From: a virus
Taxonomy: Duplodnaviria > Heunggongvirae > Uroviricota > Caudoviricetes
Reading direction: 5' to 3' (one strand)
IMG/VR virus record: IMGVR_UViG_2875697941_000001
DNA: 64,000 nucleotides
The notes below the pieces were generated by a model. It was given only the letters and a program-made list of their open reading frames with translations. It did no database searches and was not told the origin of the DNA. Position numbers and translations under genes: made by a program. How positions within the stretch are numbered: position 1 is the stretch's first letter; each line of letters begins with the position of its first letter. Positions 8,875 through 18,192 of this stretch are shown here, in pieces.

Positions 8875-10464
8875 TTACTTAATAAGCAGCGGTACGCCCT
8901 GGATACGACGGGCTACGCCAGTCGGGCAGCAGGCCCAGACTACTTCCCATTTATCGAATTCCGCCTGCGTAACTTTCAGCACATACGGTTCTGTACCGTC
9001 AGCATCGGGATCACGAGGAGCCACCAGAGCGCCGGAGGCGACAAAGCGATCTAAAAGTTTGGTCATCCCTTTAGTCAGGCCAGCCGCAGTAATACCGTCC
9101 GGGCTATGCTTCATCTGTCGGGCTAACTGGACAAAGAAACGGCTGATTGCATTCATCAGGGATGGGACGTGCTGGAAGTGCAGATAGTTATCCTGCGTGC
9201 AGCAAGTTAAAGCATCGTCGATGATCATCTGGCCAGAGGTGCCAACAGATACTTTATTGAGACGGCCCTTGACCATTGCTTCTTCGTCCGGGGTATCTTC
9301 CGGATACAGCGGTTGAATTGACGCACGAGCAATGACGGCACGTTCTTCACCAGCCGGTGAGTAATGCCAACCGCCGACATCAGAGTTTTTCTTGACGCCA
9401 CGAGCTTTCGCCGCATACGCCGCGCCAGACAGACCGAAGACCACACGGGATTGGGTCCATTTGTCTTTGCAGGAGAACGGGTAGTGATAGACAGAACAGC
9501 TTACATAATCGGTACCAAGTAAACCGGTACCCTCAACAGCTGTTAGTGCTTCTGCGTACCTTAATGTCGGTTTGACATCAAAGAAGCCATCAATCAGGCG
9601 ATCTGCACAGATTTTACCTAATGCGGTGATAGCCGCATTGTCATAGCAGCCCAGGCCAAGAACAGCGGTGTACATGTACGGCGCATTGTTCAGCACTTTC
9701 ACCGCACGCAGGTACGCAGCGGTTGAGATTTTCGACTGATCACCGTTGGTACCACCAGTGAACGCCAACGATTTTTTGTTTGTTACTTTCGCTGTAGAAA
9801 TCAGATCTTCATTAACAACCGCGCGCAGATATTTAGAACGAGCTTCCAGAGCCGTAGGCAGATAACACAAGCGGCCCATGTCATCTTTCGCTTCTTCCGC
9901 CAAAGACACAGTGTGTGTCTCCAGGGTCGTTACCACACCAAGCGAAGTCGTCTGGGTCAGTTTTAAGATGAAGCGTTCATTACTTGCGCTGTCCGCTGTT
10001 GCCGTTTCGATGGTTAACTCACGGGTAGGTGAAATACACGGATCACCATCATCAACGTAGATAGCAAAGGCTTCGCCACTATCAAGTTCAATTTCAGAAC
10101 CGTATGGCAACGCACTGTAAGCCGGTTCGCCTGATTCATCGAACATAATAATCGGGAACTTCGCATCATCCGGAACAGCGCGAACAACGTAACCAGACGT
10201 TTGCTGAATAGCTTCGTATACATGGCGAATTGGTTCGAACTGTGAGCCGGAAGACGGCTTCAGCGGTTCGCCGAGAACATCTTCGTAATTGGACTCAGTA
10301 ACCGCAAGAACAGTAAACGGCTTGCCACGCGCAAATACGCCAATACCAGCCCACAAGCTGCTATTTAATGCAACACCGGTAGATAACGTCGCATCGGCAT
10401 TGATCGGGCTAACCGCGACGCCGGATGCATTACCTAATGACTGTTGAATTGAATATTGAGACAT
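8875..10464 (-). CDS. contractile tail sheath protein (P1 gp22-like)
   Basis: 529-aa ORF; size and position between major head gene and tube-like genes as in P1. Confidence 0.55.
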   Translation of the reverse strand: MSQYSIQQSLGNASGVAVSPINADATLSTGVALNSSLWAGIGVFARGKPFTVLAVTESNYEDVLGEPLKPSSGSQFEPIRHVYEAIQQTSGYVVRAVPDDAKFPIIMFDESGEPAYSALPYGSEIELDSGEAFAIYVDDGDPCISPTRELTIETATADSASNERFILKLTQTTSLGVVTTLETHTVSLAEEAKDDMGRLCYLPTALEARSKYLRAVVNEDLISTAKVTNKKSLAFTGGTNGDQSKISTAAYLRAVKVLNNAPYMYTAVLGLGCYDNAAITALGKICADRLIDGFFDVKPTLRYAEALTAVEGTGLLGTDYVSCSVYHYPFSCKDKWTQSRVVFGLSGAAYAAKARGVKKNSDVGGWHYSPAGEERAVIARASIQPLYPEDTPDEEAMVKGRLNKVSVGTSGQMIIDDALTCCTQDNYLHFQHVPSLMNAISRFFVQLARQMKHSPDGITAAGLTKGMTKLLDRFVASGALVAPRDPDADGTEPYVLKVTQAEFDKWEVVWACCPTGVARRIQGVPLLIK

Positions 10465-10524
10465 AACTTTCCCTGTTATGCGCCCCGCACGGGGGCGCTA
10501 TGTTAAACGGAGAACTTCCCCTGA

Positions 10525-12252
10525 TTACTCAGAGTCACCGGCATCAATCGTGTCGCCGCTAATGAAGTTAAGCCCGCCTTTTTTGGCCATTGTCAGCGTT
10601 ACACGAGTGAAGTAATCAGCGCCGTTGCGTGGGTGCATATCGTTGATAGCCGAACCCCACAGCGTGGTACGGTTGACCAGCGCCGGAGTGGTCGGATGCT
10701 GGAACGGGATGGCCGGGACAGCATCACCAGTCACGAAGCCTGCTTTACCCGGATTTTCATCACGGACGTAGCACAGCACATCCATCGAGCTGAACTGAAT
10801 GTTCTCTGTCGTTAAGTTCTTACAAATACCAGCAGGTACTTCGTACACTTTCACGTTACCGAACAGGGTACCGATGTAGTGAACATACGGAGTCTGGATA
10901 TAGTCTTCGGCTGGCTGGAAGAAATCCTTCGGCAACTGTTTGAAGAAAGATGCTGCATCAGCACCAGCAAACATCCCCATCGCACCAGAAGATTTAACGC
11001 GCTCAATAATGTCGCGATATACAGTCTGGAATTTGCCACGAATGATGGTTGCCCATACATCAAAGGACTGGTTAACCGGCAGAGCGATGTCAAAGGTGTC
11101 GGTCGCAAGAGTGCGCCAGATCATGATGCGAAGACGCAGCATATCCTGTTCATGAGACAGGTATTCCTTCAGGGTGCGGAACTGTAGGGAACCCAGGTCC
11201 AGACCAAATTCACGCTGTGCTTCATACGCCGCCTGTACCGTGTGCTCAGCCGCGATAACGAACTGACTTGGGAACAGGGTGTATTTCTTCATTTCGTGGT
11301 TGATCAGCGGGATCAGCTCAGGAGCGGCTTCAATATTGATTTCCGTCTCAATTGCGATCTCAGTGCCTTTATCCGGCGCTTTGGAGAACGACAGGGCAAT
11401 CTGACCAATGTTGTAGTTCAGAGAGCAGGTAACAGTGATTTGCTCACCAGCAGCATTAGTAAACGAGTGAAGTAGGCTGCCGGAACCGTTATCAACAACA
11501 GACTTAATACGGTTAACGTAGATGTTAGTGCGACCTTTTCGGATTGGTACATTCTGGCCTTCGAAGTCTTCCATCTTGAAGGTTGCGGTTTTGCTGGTGC
11601 CATCGGAGCTTGCCACCAGCACATAGCGGCGACGTAACTGGCTGTACACACCGACGGATTGCATGTCCAGAACATCACCAGCAGCATAAGAACCAAAAGA
11701 TGAACCTGCCACGTTAAAGACTTCATAGATGTCGGACTGGTCACGCGTAACCGGAATGAAGGTACACGCATCAGCGGTAGCTGCCCCCAACTGAACAGGC
11801 AGGATCATCGCGAGGAATAAAGGCAGACGCATAACACCGTCAGAAACGCTCATCATCTCTGCTGCGACAGATTCCAGCATCGCTTTATTAGTGGCATCCA
11901 TGCTATTGCGGGTGGACTCAATCAGGCAGTTTTCCAGCGTCTGGTGGCAGGAGGCCAGAATTTCCGGACGCGGCATAGATTTATGTGCTGCGGCGTAGTC
12001 AGCCAGTGCACTTGCCCACGCTGTAGCGATTTGAGCGGTGGCATTATCAGAGATACCCACAAAAACCGGGTCTTTACGTGCAGCTTCAAGGATAGATGCG
12101 GCACGCGCGGCATCATCTTTAATGAATTGGTTATCAGTACCGAACTGCGCAGTGCTTGCCCAGCCAAGCACAGCTTTAGAGCGTTTTGCGATATCTGCAA
12201 TACGATTCTGGTATTCGCGTAAGTTACTCAATTTACTCTTCCTTAAACACAA
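10525..12252 (-). CDS. major head protein (P1 gp23-like)
   Basis: 575-aa ORF immediately downstream of parS on same strand, the position of gene 23 in P1. Confidence 0.5.
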   Translation of the reverse strand: MCLRKSKLSNLREYQNRIADIAKRSKAVLGWASTAQFGTDNQFIKDDAARAASILEAARKDPVFVGISDNATAQIATAWASALADYAAAHKSMPRPEILASCHQTLENCLIESTRNSMDATNKAMLESVAAEMMSVSDGVMRLPLFLAMILPVQLGAATADACTFIPVTRDQSDIYEVFNVAGSSFGSYAAGDVLDMQSVGVYSQLRRRYVLVASSDGTSKTATFKMEDFEGQNVPIRKGRTNIYVNRIKSVVDNGSGSLLHSFTNAAGEQITVTCSLNYNIGQIALSFSKAPDKGTEIAIETEINIEAAPELIPLINHEMKKYTLFPSQFVIAAEHTVQAAYEAQREFGLDLGSLQFRTLKEYLSHEQDMLRLRIMIWRTLATDTFDIALPVNQSFDVWATIIRGKFQTVYRDIIERVKSSGAMGMFAGADAASFFKQLPKDFFQPAEDYIQTPYVHYIGTLFGNVKVYEVPAGICKNLTTENIQFSSMDVLCYVRDENPGKAGFVTGDAVPAIPFQHPTTPALVNRTTLWGSAINDMHPRNGADYFTRVTLTMAKKGGLNFISGDTIDAGDSE

Positions 12253-12365
12253 GGCACTTGTGTGAATCCCTTTTCGGAAGAGATTTTATTGAAAGTCACT
12301 TGTTGACTTTCTCGTGACAAGCAATTTTTTTATTTTTTTCGGGAGTAGGGGAGGAAGGTAAAATC

Positions 12366-12454
12366 CAAGGTGAAATCGTGGCGATTTCACCTTGAAATTT
12401 TAGATAGATTTACTTTAAAAACAGTAGGTTAATAGTGAAATTTGAATGGCGAAA
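12366..12454 (-). other. parS: parS centromere (ParB box A heptamers ATTTCAC/ATTTCAA and box B TCGCCA flanking an AT-rich IHF-type core)
   Basis: reverse complement reads TTCGCCATTCAAATTTCACTATTAAC...AAATTTCAAGGTGAAATCGCCACGATTTCACC, matching the P1 parS organisation. Confidence 0.65.
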
Positions 12455-12456
12455 GT

Positions 12457-13458
12457 TTAAGGCTTCGGCTTTTTATCGAGGCTCTTTCTAAGGATATGCC
12501 CAATCATCCTGTCGAGTTCTTCCTGTAACTCTTTTGAGAGTCGATTAAACTCATAAGAAAATGCACGGCCTTTCACGCGCTTCCTTGCAAAGCGATCCTT
12601 GTCCTCAAATTTCCATAATTCAGTAACTACGGACTTATCTTTAGAACCTTTATCCGTGAGTAGTGAGGCTTCCTTTGTTATCAAGCGCAGGATTTTATTT
12701 TTAACTTCATCTTCGGCCATTTCTTCAATGGATAAGATGTCGTTTATTTCCGGGGATATGTTTTGAATAAGCTGATCAAACTCTAAATTCTTGTTCCCCA
12801 TTTCGTCGCCAACAGCACAAAGCGTTTTGTAGTCCGAAAAGGTTAATTCCGACTGCACAGGGAAAAGGGCGACTAATTCTTCCGGAGCACTCGCTGCCTG
12901 GAGAGCACGCGTGACCTTCGCCTGAGACAGCCCTTCTTTGGCTGCAATATCCTTCTGACTCATCCCATCATTTTTCATTCGCATCAAACGCAGACCTATT
13001 TCTCGAATGCTGTGCTGCAATGCTGTCTGAACGTCTTTCGCTAAATTTTGCGCTTCCTGAACGCTGATCTCCTGGTCCGTGACTAAAACCCGCAACCCTA
13101 CGTTCTCTAAGATGGCAGAAGCTCGACGCCGGGAACCATCCAAAATTTCAATTTTCCCTGTAGCCCGTCTAACACCTATTGCAGGGTAAAATTGCTGATG
13201 CTTAATAGTGCTTCGGATACTTTTTAATGATTTTGGCGTAAGAGATGCCTGGTCACGCCCGTTGTTATGCTGATCAACAAAGGTATCGCTTTCTACCTGG
13301 TTCGGAGGTATTACCTCTTCAATAAATGTGGCCTGGCGACCAGTTGATAACTTGAATACCTGCTCGACTCGATCGCCAGAGGCTGAAGAACTATCAAATC
13401 CGCTTAATATTGAAGGATTAAGGGTTCGCCCAATTGTTGGTCTGTTTTTCTTTGACAT
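12457..13458 (-). CDS. parB: ParB partition protein (P1 type)
   Basis: 333-aa ORF; length, order and sequence character match P1 ParB; parS immediately downstream. Confidence 0.85.
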   Translation of the reverse strand: MSKKNRPTIGRTLNPSILSGFDSSSASGDRVEQVFKLSTGRQATFIEEVIPPNQVESDTFVDQHNNGRDQASLTPKSLKSIRSTIKHQQFYPAIGVRRATGKIEILDGSRRRASAILENVGLRVLVTDQEISVQEAQNLAKDVQTALQHSIREIGLRLMRMKNDGMSQKDIAAKEGLSQAKVTRALQAASAPEELVALFPVQSELTFSDYKTLCAVGDEMGNKNLEFDQLIQNISPEINDILSIEEMAEDEVKNKILRLITKEASLLTDKGSKDKSVVTELWKFEDKDRFARKRVKGRAFSYEFNRLSKELQEELDRMIGHILRKSLDKKPKP

Positions 13459-13474
13459 GGGGGTTTCTTACTCC

Positions 13475-14671
13475 TCAGTTAGATCTGATAAATTCAATAC
13501 GGTCAAAAACTGCTTTAGCAAAATCTTCCGCGGCAATTCGCGCGTTCTTCAATGCATCAGCACTACCAACATACGTTGCCGGGTTAGCTGAAATAACAGT
13601 GTCAAAAGACTCGCCACAGCGTTCAAAACCGTCAAGGCGAGGGAGGACGACATCGAGCATATCCCCACCGAACACTTCTTTAGCCAGGCTATGGCAATAC
13701 TTATGGTCTGCCTTGTTACTCAATTTGGACATAAAACCAATGTTAGTCGCAAGCTGGCACTCGCAGCCTTCATCCGAAATGAGTTTCACCAACTCAGGAA
13801 GGCGGGCAACGTATTTAAGCGATGAGTGGAAATCAACCGTTGCAGGCGGCAGAGGTGTAAACAGTATATTGGCCGAGGCCAAAGCATTTTTCAGGAAGGC
13901 GTCAAGGTGAGGACCACTATCAACGAGGATAAAGTCATAATCGCTCTTCAGCTTATCAATCACATTTTCTTTCAGGACAGCATGGATGTTCTGACCCGGT
14001 AGATGCTCATTGCACAGCTCTCTCCAATCGGATGCAATAAAGGCATCGTCAATCGACGCAGGCATAACGTCAACCCCAGGTACAACAGAAGGAACAATAA
14101 ACTCCTCTAACAGCTCTTCACGGCTTACATTCTGCAACATAGCCTGTGCAGATGTTGCGTTTACGATACCAATAGAGTGTTTATGGCTTAAAAACATCGT
14201 TGCTGAAGATTGCGGATCAAGGTCAATAACCAGAATCCTTAAATCCTCCATAAGAAGATGAGGGTGAGCACGCATTGCATGCGCCAGAGAAACCGTCGAT
14301 ACAGTTTTTGACACACCGCCTTTAAGATTGGAGATGAAAATCACATACGCTTCGCTGTAGCGATCCCGGTATTTTGGCACTCCGCGATGTTCATATATGT
14401 CAATGATGTTCTGAATTGACATCGCATATTTCATTGAAGAGCCAGCAGGGCGTTTATCGAAAACATAACCCTTTTCTTCCATTTCACTTACGGCATAGTC
14501 AACGTTCGCTCGAGTCAGTAGAGGCAATTTTGCCAGTGCCGCTTTCGCATAGACCTGGTAAAACTCGTTCGCGTGTAGCTCATCCTTTTGCAACTGTACT
14601 TGTTCAGTCAGAACATTGAGCATTCTGTTTGCTCTTTGAGCAACCTTGTGAAGCTGGCTGGAATCACTCAT
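13475..14671 (-). CDS. parA: ParA partition ATPase (P1 type, with N-terminal DNA-binding extension)
   Basis: 398-aa ORF; deviant Walker A KGGVSKT; upstream of parB. Confidence 0.85.
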   Translation of the reverse strand: MSDSSQLHKVAQRANRMLNVLTEQVQLQKDELHANEFYQVYAKAALAKLPLLTRANVDYAVSEMEEKGYVFDKRPAGSSMKYAMSIQNIIDIYEHRGVPKYRDRYSEAYVIFISNLKGGVSKTVSTVSLAHAMRAHPHLLMEDLRILVIDLDPQSSATMFLSHKHSIGIVNATSAQAMLQNVSREELLEEFIVPSVVPGVDVMPASIDDAFIASDWRELCNEHLPGQNIHAVLKENVIDKLKSDYDFILVDSGPHLDAFLKNALASANILFTPLPPATVDFHSSLKYVARLPELVKLISDEGCECQLATNIGFMSKLSNKADHKYCHSLAKEVFGGDMLDVVLPRLDGFERCGESFDTVISANPATYVGSADALKNARIAAEDFAKAVFDRIEFIRSN

Positions 14672-14812
14672 CGAAAGTCATCCTTTATGCTGTATTTTTG
14701 AATTTACTTAAAAATGCTGCATAAAATAATAATGTATGCACAGATGCTTGTACATAGCATTCTCTGCATGTTTGGTTCATTTTGCACGATTGAGAGTTAC
14801 AAGGAGGACACA

Positions 14813-14833
14813 AAAAAGCCCCGTTCAGGGGCA
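14813..14833 (-). terminator. rho-independent terminator of the GIY-YIG-like gene
   Basis: minus strand reads GCCCCTGAACGGGGC followed by TTTTTT, 7 nt after the ORF stop. Confidence 0.55.
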
Positions 14834-14839
14834 TCAGTG

Positions 14840-15649
14840 TTATTTGCTAAGAGCAGCGAATAATCGTTCGAAATCGATAGTATCTATAGCACGCGTAAGC
14901 GCCGGAAGTTCAGCCTCAAAGTACCCGTGTCGATCGTAAAAGAAGGGACCGAAGAGCGAGGCATGTTGGATTCTACTTCGCCCCAGCCCGGACACACAGT
15001 TAAGCCCATTACCGGCTAAAAGGCTAAAAAACTTCTCTGGATTATCGTGGTAAAGCTGGGAATCAATGGTGGCGGTTAACTCTTCCATAGGGAAGCACAC
15101 CCGCCTTGTCTCCCAGGGATATTTAGTCCGAAGCATAAACATTGCTTTCAGCAATTCACATTGAGCGCGGATCGCGTCCGGTTCATAGCCAGATATGGAG
15201 ACATAAGCCATGTCCCTCATTCCTGCGTCATCTTTGAAAGTCACGATAGAAGTAACATCCAGCTCTTTTTCGAAAGAGCGAGCAGCATCTACTGGACGCT
15301 GAAGTAAATCATTCGACTTAATGCGCTCGAGAATCCCTCCCCACATATCATTTAGATATTCGATATGAGCCAAAACCTTATCAAGACACTCTCGTGTAAA
15401 CCATTCAGTATGCCCGCCACCGGCGCTTTTCTCCCACGGCGCATTCCAGGGGAAAAAGGTTGCGTGTAAAGCCCGCTCAAGATTAACTATTGCCAATCGC
15501 GTACCACGATAGACCCGTGAAAGCGCAAAATCGGGACTCACTTGTAGCCCTTTAAACCGTGCCAATGGACCACATGAAATGCCGATTTTAAAAGTATCTC
15601 CATTCTCCGGCACCAGAACGTAGAGGTAGTGTTGTTTCTCTTCTTGCAT
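14840..15649 (-). CDS. GIY-YIG / T5orf172-like domain protein with uncharacterised C-terminal domain
   Basis: 269-aa ORF; N-terminus HYLYVLVPENGDTFKIGIS...R...E pattern typical of GIY-YIG-like nucleases; located between incA iterons and parA. Confidence 0.55.
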   Translation of the reverse strand: MQEEKQHYLYVLVPENGDTFKIGISCGPLARFKGLQVSPDFALSRVYRGTRLAIVNLERALHATFFPWNAPWEKSAGGGHTEWFTRECLDKVLAHIEYLNDMWGGILERIKSNDLLQRPVDAARSFEKELDVTSIVTFKDDAGMRDMAYVSISGYEPDAIRAQCELLKAMFMLRTKYPWETRRVCFPMEELTATIDSQLYHDNPEKFFSLLAGNGLNCVSGLGRSRIQHASLFGPFFYDRHGYFEAELPALTRAIDTIDFERLFAALSK

Positions 15650-15679
15650 ATCAATACCACTGCTTGATGAGAACCGCGC

Positions 15680-15945
15680 AAATGTTGACTATGCGCGAAA
15701 GTTAATGTGAATAGTTGACTATGCGCGATGTGACTACAGTCAAAAGTTGACTGTAGTCGATTTAACTCCACCAAAGATCGACTATGTAAGATATTGTCGG
15801 GAGAAACGTTGACTATACGCGATGAAATGACCCTAAAAGCCATCTCAATAGCGACTTGCAGAATATTGACGCCAGCAAAAATCCACCAGCGTCAACGAAT
15901 GTCGCCTATAGTCAACTTCTCGCTATCGCATATAGTCAATATTAT
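15680..15945. repeat. incA: incA-like iteron array (about 9 copies of GTTGACTATGCGCGA-type repeat, both orientations)
   Basis: repeats at 15683, 15713, 15746, 15777, 15808, 15866 (forward) and 15903, 15927 (inverted) read directly. Confidence 0.7.
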
Positions 15946-16883
15946 GGATTGCGCTTATGGATCTGGAAGCCGATTTTCCTGCCGTTTTTTATCTCTGAAA
16001 ATTTAAGATATTCAATAGCTTCCAAATCTTTCATGGCTTTTCTGATAACGCTATTTTGCACGCTAACGGATGATTTGAGATTAAGCCTTGCTCTAAGGCG
16101 CTCAATGCTGACAGGTGCCGGGTTGGCGGGTAGAGCCTCAAAGAATGTATACAGTACCTTGGCCGTCTCTTTGCGCCCGAGCTTATCCAGCATCTTCAGC
16201 TTCAGGATTCGCTTATAGTCAACATAGTAAAGTTCAGATAGCTGTTTCTGCGGCTGGATCTCGATAACATCAAGCTCGGTATTCAGGCTGCTATATGCCA
16301 ACAAGTTGACGTTAATGTTATTGAGATGACCTTTTGCTGCCGGGAAGCGGAATTTGACAACTGTCTGCTGAATGCGTGTCAGAGAGTCATCAATACTTTT
16401 ACGGAACGCCTTTGAAAGGCGCTTACGTGGATAGCCGCATCGATCGGCAAACTCGGAGAATGGCAGGGTGATTATGCCGTCATCATCAGGTGCGTAGTCA
16501 AACAACGCGGAGGTTATGCCCACCCACACCTTAAAATCAGTATCCATATCCAGGCGTGGACCATGAATTTCAATTCCCTCATAGCCTTCCTGCTCAACAA
16601 TTTTGAGGCTTGATAGTTCTTCGGTTGCGTTCGTTGTGTTTGTAGTAACTGACGATCCGCGACGTAGTGCCACATTGGTAGATTTTAAGGTTGGCACAAA
16701 CACACCTAAGCGCAACAAAGCGATGGGTTGTATAGTGCTATTGTTATTGGGTTTCAGGCTGTGGATTTCTCCTGTATTTCCTGCAACTTCTTCAACGCTA
16801 AGGAAGCCTTTATTTTCTTCCGGCATCGTGGTTTCTCCATATGTGGCGCGGCCTGGCGTCATCTGGATTGCAGTTATCAACAA
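15942..16883 (-). CDS. repA: RepA iteron-binding replication initiator (P1 RepA / RepFIB family)
   Basis: 313-aa ORF flanked by iteron arrays on both sides; true start may be internal (MPEENKG). Confidence 0.8.
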   Translation of the reverse strand: MLITAIQMTPGRATYGETTMPEENKGFLSVEEVAGNTGEIHSLKPNNNSTIQPIALLRLGVFVPTLKSTNVALRRGSSVTTNTTNATEELSSLKIVEQEGYEGIEIHGPRLDMDTDFKVWVGITSALFDYAPDDDGIITLPFSEFADRCGYPRKRLSKAFRKSIDDSLTRIQQTVVKFRFPAAKGHLNNINVNLLAYSSLNTELDVIEIQPQKQLSELYYVDYKRILKLKMLDKLGRKETAKVLYTFFEALPANPAPVSIERLRARLNLKSSVSVQNSVIRKAMKDLEAIEYLKFSEIKNGRKIGFQIHKRNP

Positions 16884-16904
16884 CTGTGAATAGTCAGGCT
16901 CTAA

Positions 16905-17120
16905 AATCGCGTACAGTCAATGTTTCTGTCGCGTATAGTCAACAATAAATCGCGTGCAGTCAACAATAAATCGTGCACAGTCAACATAAAATCGCGTATA
17001 GTCAATGTTGATCCCATTTCAGGCCAGAAATGGCGCGGCTTACAGCGATCCGGGATCTTCTTTGGATCTTCCTAGGTTCTCTTTGGGATCTGTTTATTGG
17101 ATCTATGCTGTGGATAAGTT
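16905..17120. other. incC: oriR-like origin: 5 evenly spaced iterons (incC) followed by a GATC-rich segment and DnaA box TGTGGATAA
   Basis: TCGCGTA(C/T)AGTCAA(T/C) repeats at about 21-bp spacing 16907..17006; at least five GATC sites 17010..17100; DnaA box at 17108..17116. Confidence 0.65.
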
Positions 17121-17160
17121 GAATAAACCGGCCAACAAAGCCGGTTGGAAGGAAGCCATA

Positions 17161-17553
17161 TTATTCTACGCTTTCGATGAGAAGACCATGTTCATAGCAT
17201 TTAAGCTCATCGCCCTCGTACAGGAATTGGTATCCAATACCACCATCTTCATGGACATTAGGGAATAACTCATCACTTACCGAAGAACAAATCACACCAA
17301 TGCAGCGATCAACGCCTTCTCGTTCTTCAGTGCTGAAAAAATCCTCTTCGGTAAGAACATGAGTACATTGCTCATCAGCATAGGTCGGAAATACATGCTC
17401 AATGCAATCCGGGTGTTTTAAACCAAGCTGATCGGCAAGCTCGAAAGCACGACGGTATTGTTCAGATCCTGGCTTGCCAACAGTGATTTGCTCAATTTTG
17501 TAGATTGAAGTCGCTTTGTTGATAGTTTGCTTTACTGTTACTTTATCAGACAT
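17161..17553 (-). CDS. hypothetical protein (P1 upfA position)
   Basis: 130-aa ORF downstream of origin. Confidence 0.45.
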   Translation of the reverse strand: MSDKVTVKQTINKATSIYKIEQITVGKPGSEQYRRAFELADQLGLKHPDCIEHVFPTYADEQCTHVLTEEDFFSTEEREGVDRCIGVICSSVSDELFPNVHEDGGIGYQFLYEGDELKCYEHGLLIESVE

Positions 17554-17564
17554 AAAAATCCCTT

Positions 17565-17816
17565 TTAGTTACCGCTAATAGCTCGGTTGTAATCATTAAC
17601 GTTGCGATTCTTCCTGTTAATCCCCATCAGCATCGTTTCTGTATCGAGGATATACGCTGGCAGATCATCAAAATATTCACTGCTAAACTCTGGCATCCTA
17701 CACATAAATGCACTTTTGGGGGCAGGGTGGTTAACCTTTGTCGGCGTCGGCGTTAAATTCGCTGATCGACTCCCGGAGCAACCGCTGAGTGTCAGCAGGA
17801 ATACGCTGGCGAACAT
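17565..17816 (-). CDS. o-spanin-like outer-membrane lipoprotein (Rz1 equivalent)
   Basis: lipobox LTLSGC, Pro/Thr-rich segment; overlaps the 3' end of the i-spanin-like gene in another frame; ORF-track start at 17897 probably too far upstream. Confidence 0.45.
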   Translation of the reverse strand: MFASVFLLTLSGCSGSRSANLTPTPTKVNHPAPKSAFMCRMPEFSSEYFDDLPAYILDTETMLMGINRKNRNVNDYNRAISGN

Positions 17817-18180
17817 TACCCGCCGCAACCAGTTGTTTCTGAACTTCAGCTTTTCGTTCCATTTGCCTGTCAGCATACTTGGCTTGTTCTGATTCATTTT
17901 TCACTTCCTGGCTGTGAAAATGTTGCTCTGCTTTGTTCATCGTCTCAATGGTCTGGTTAAGATCCATTATTGACTTATCACGTTCCTTAACAGCCTGATC
18001 AAGACTGCCAATTTTCTCTATGGCTTGCTTTAGCTGATGACGTTCCCATGCAAACCCAGCACCAACAAGTGCGCAAATCAGAACAAGAACACCAGTAGCA
18101 GCAAGTTTCTCCTTCAAAGACAAAGCTGTTTTTAACGTAGAAAAGAATGACATGTCTTCCTCCTGAAGAAAAATTATCAA
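17731..18180 (-). CDS. i-spanin-like protein (Rz equivalent): N-terminal TM helix plus periplasmic coiled coil
   Basis: 149-aa ORF; hydrophobic VLVLICALVGAGFAW near N-terminus; charged helical remainder. Confidence 0.45.
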   Translation of the reverse strand: MIIFLQEEDMSFFSTLKTALSLKEKLAATGVLVLICALVGAGFAWERHQLKQAIEKIGSLDQAVKERDKSIMDLNQTIETMNKAEQHFHSQEVKNESEQAKYADRQMERKAEVQKQLVAAGNVRQRIPADTQRLLRESISEFNADADKG

Positions 18181-18192
18181 TGAAGTCCTTTG

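Noticed and set aside
6912-12252. Contractile-tail genes interpreted as a tailocin or type VI secretion-like cluster
   Set aside because: They are embedded in a P1-type gene order together with a major head gene, par, rep and C1-operator sites, consistent with a phage-plasmid virion module rather than a standalone tailocin.
15680-17010. Short direct repeats that could be mistaken for a CRISPR array
   Set aside because: Repeats are about 15 bp, occur in both orientations, flank repA and are accompanied by a DnaA box and GATC cluster; this is a plasmid iteron origin, and no cas genes are present.
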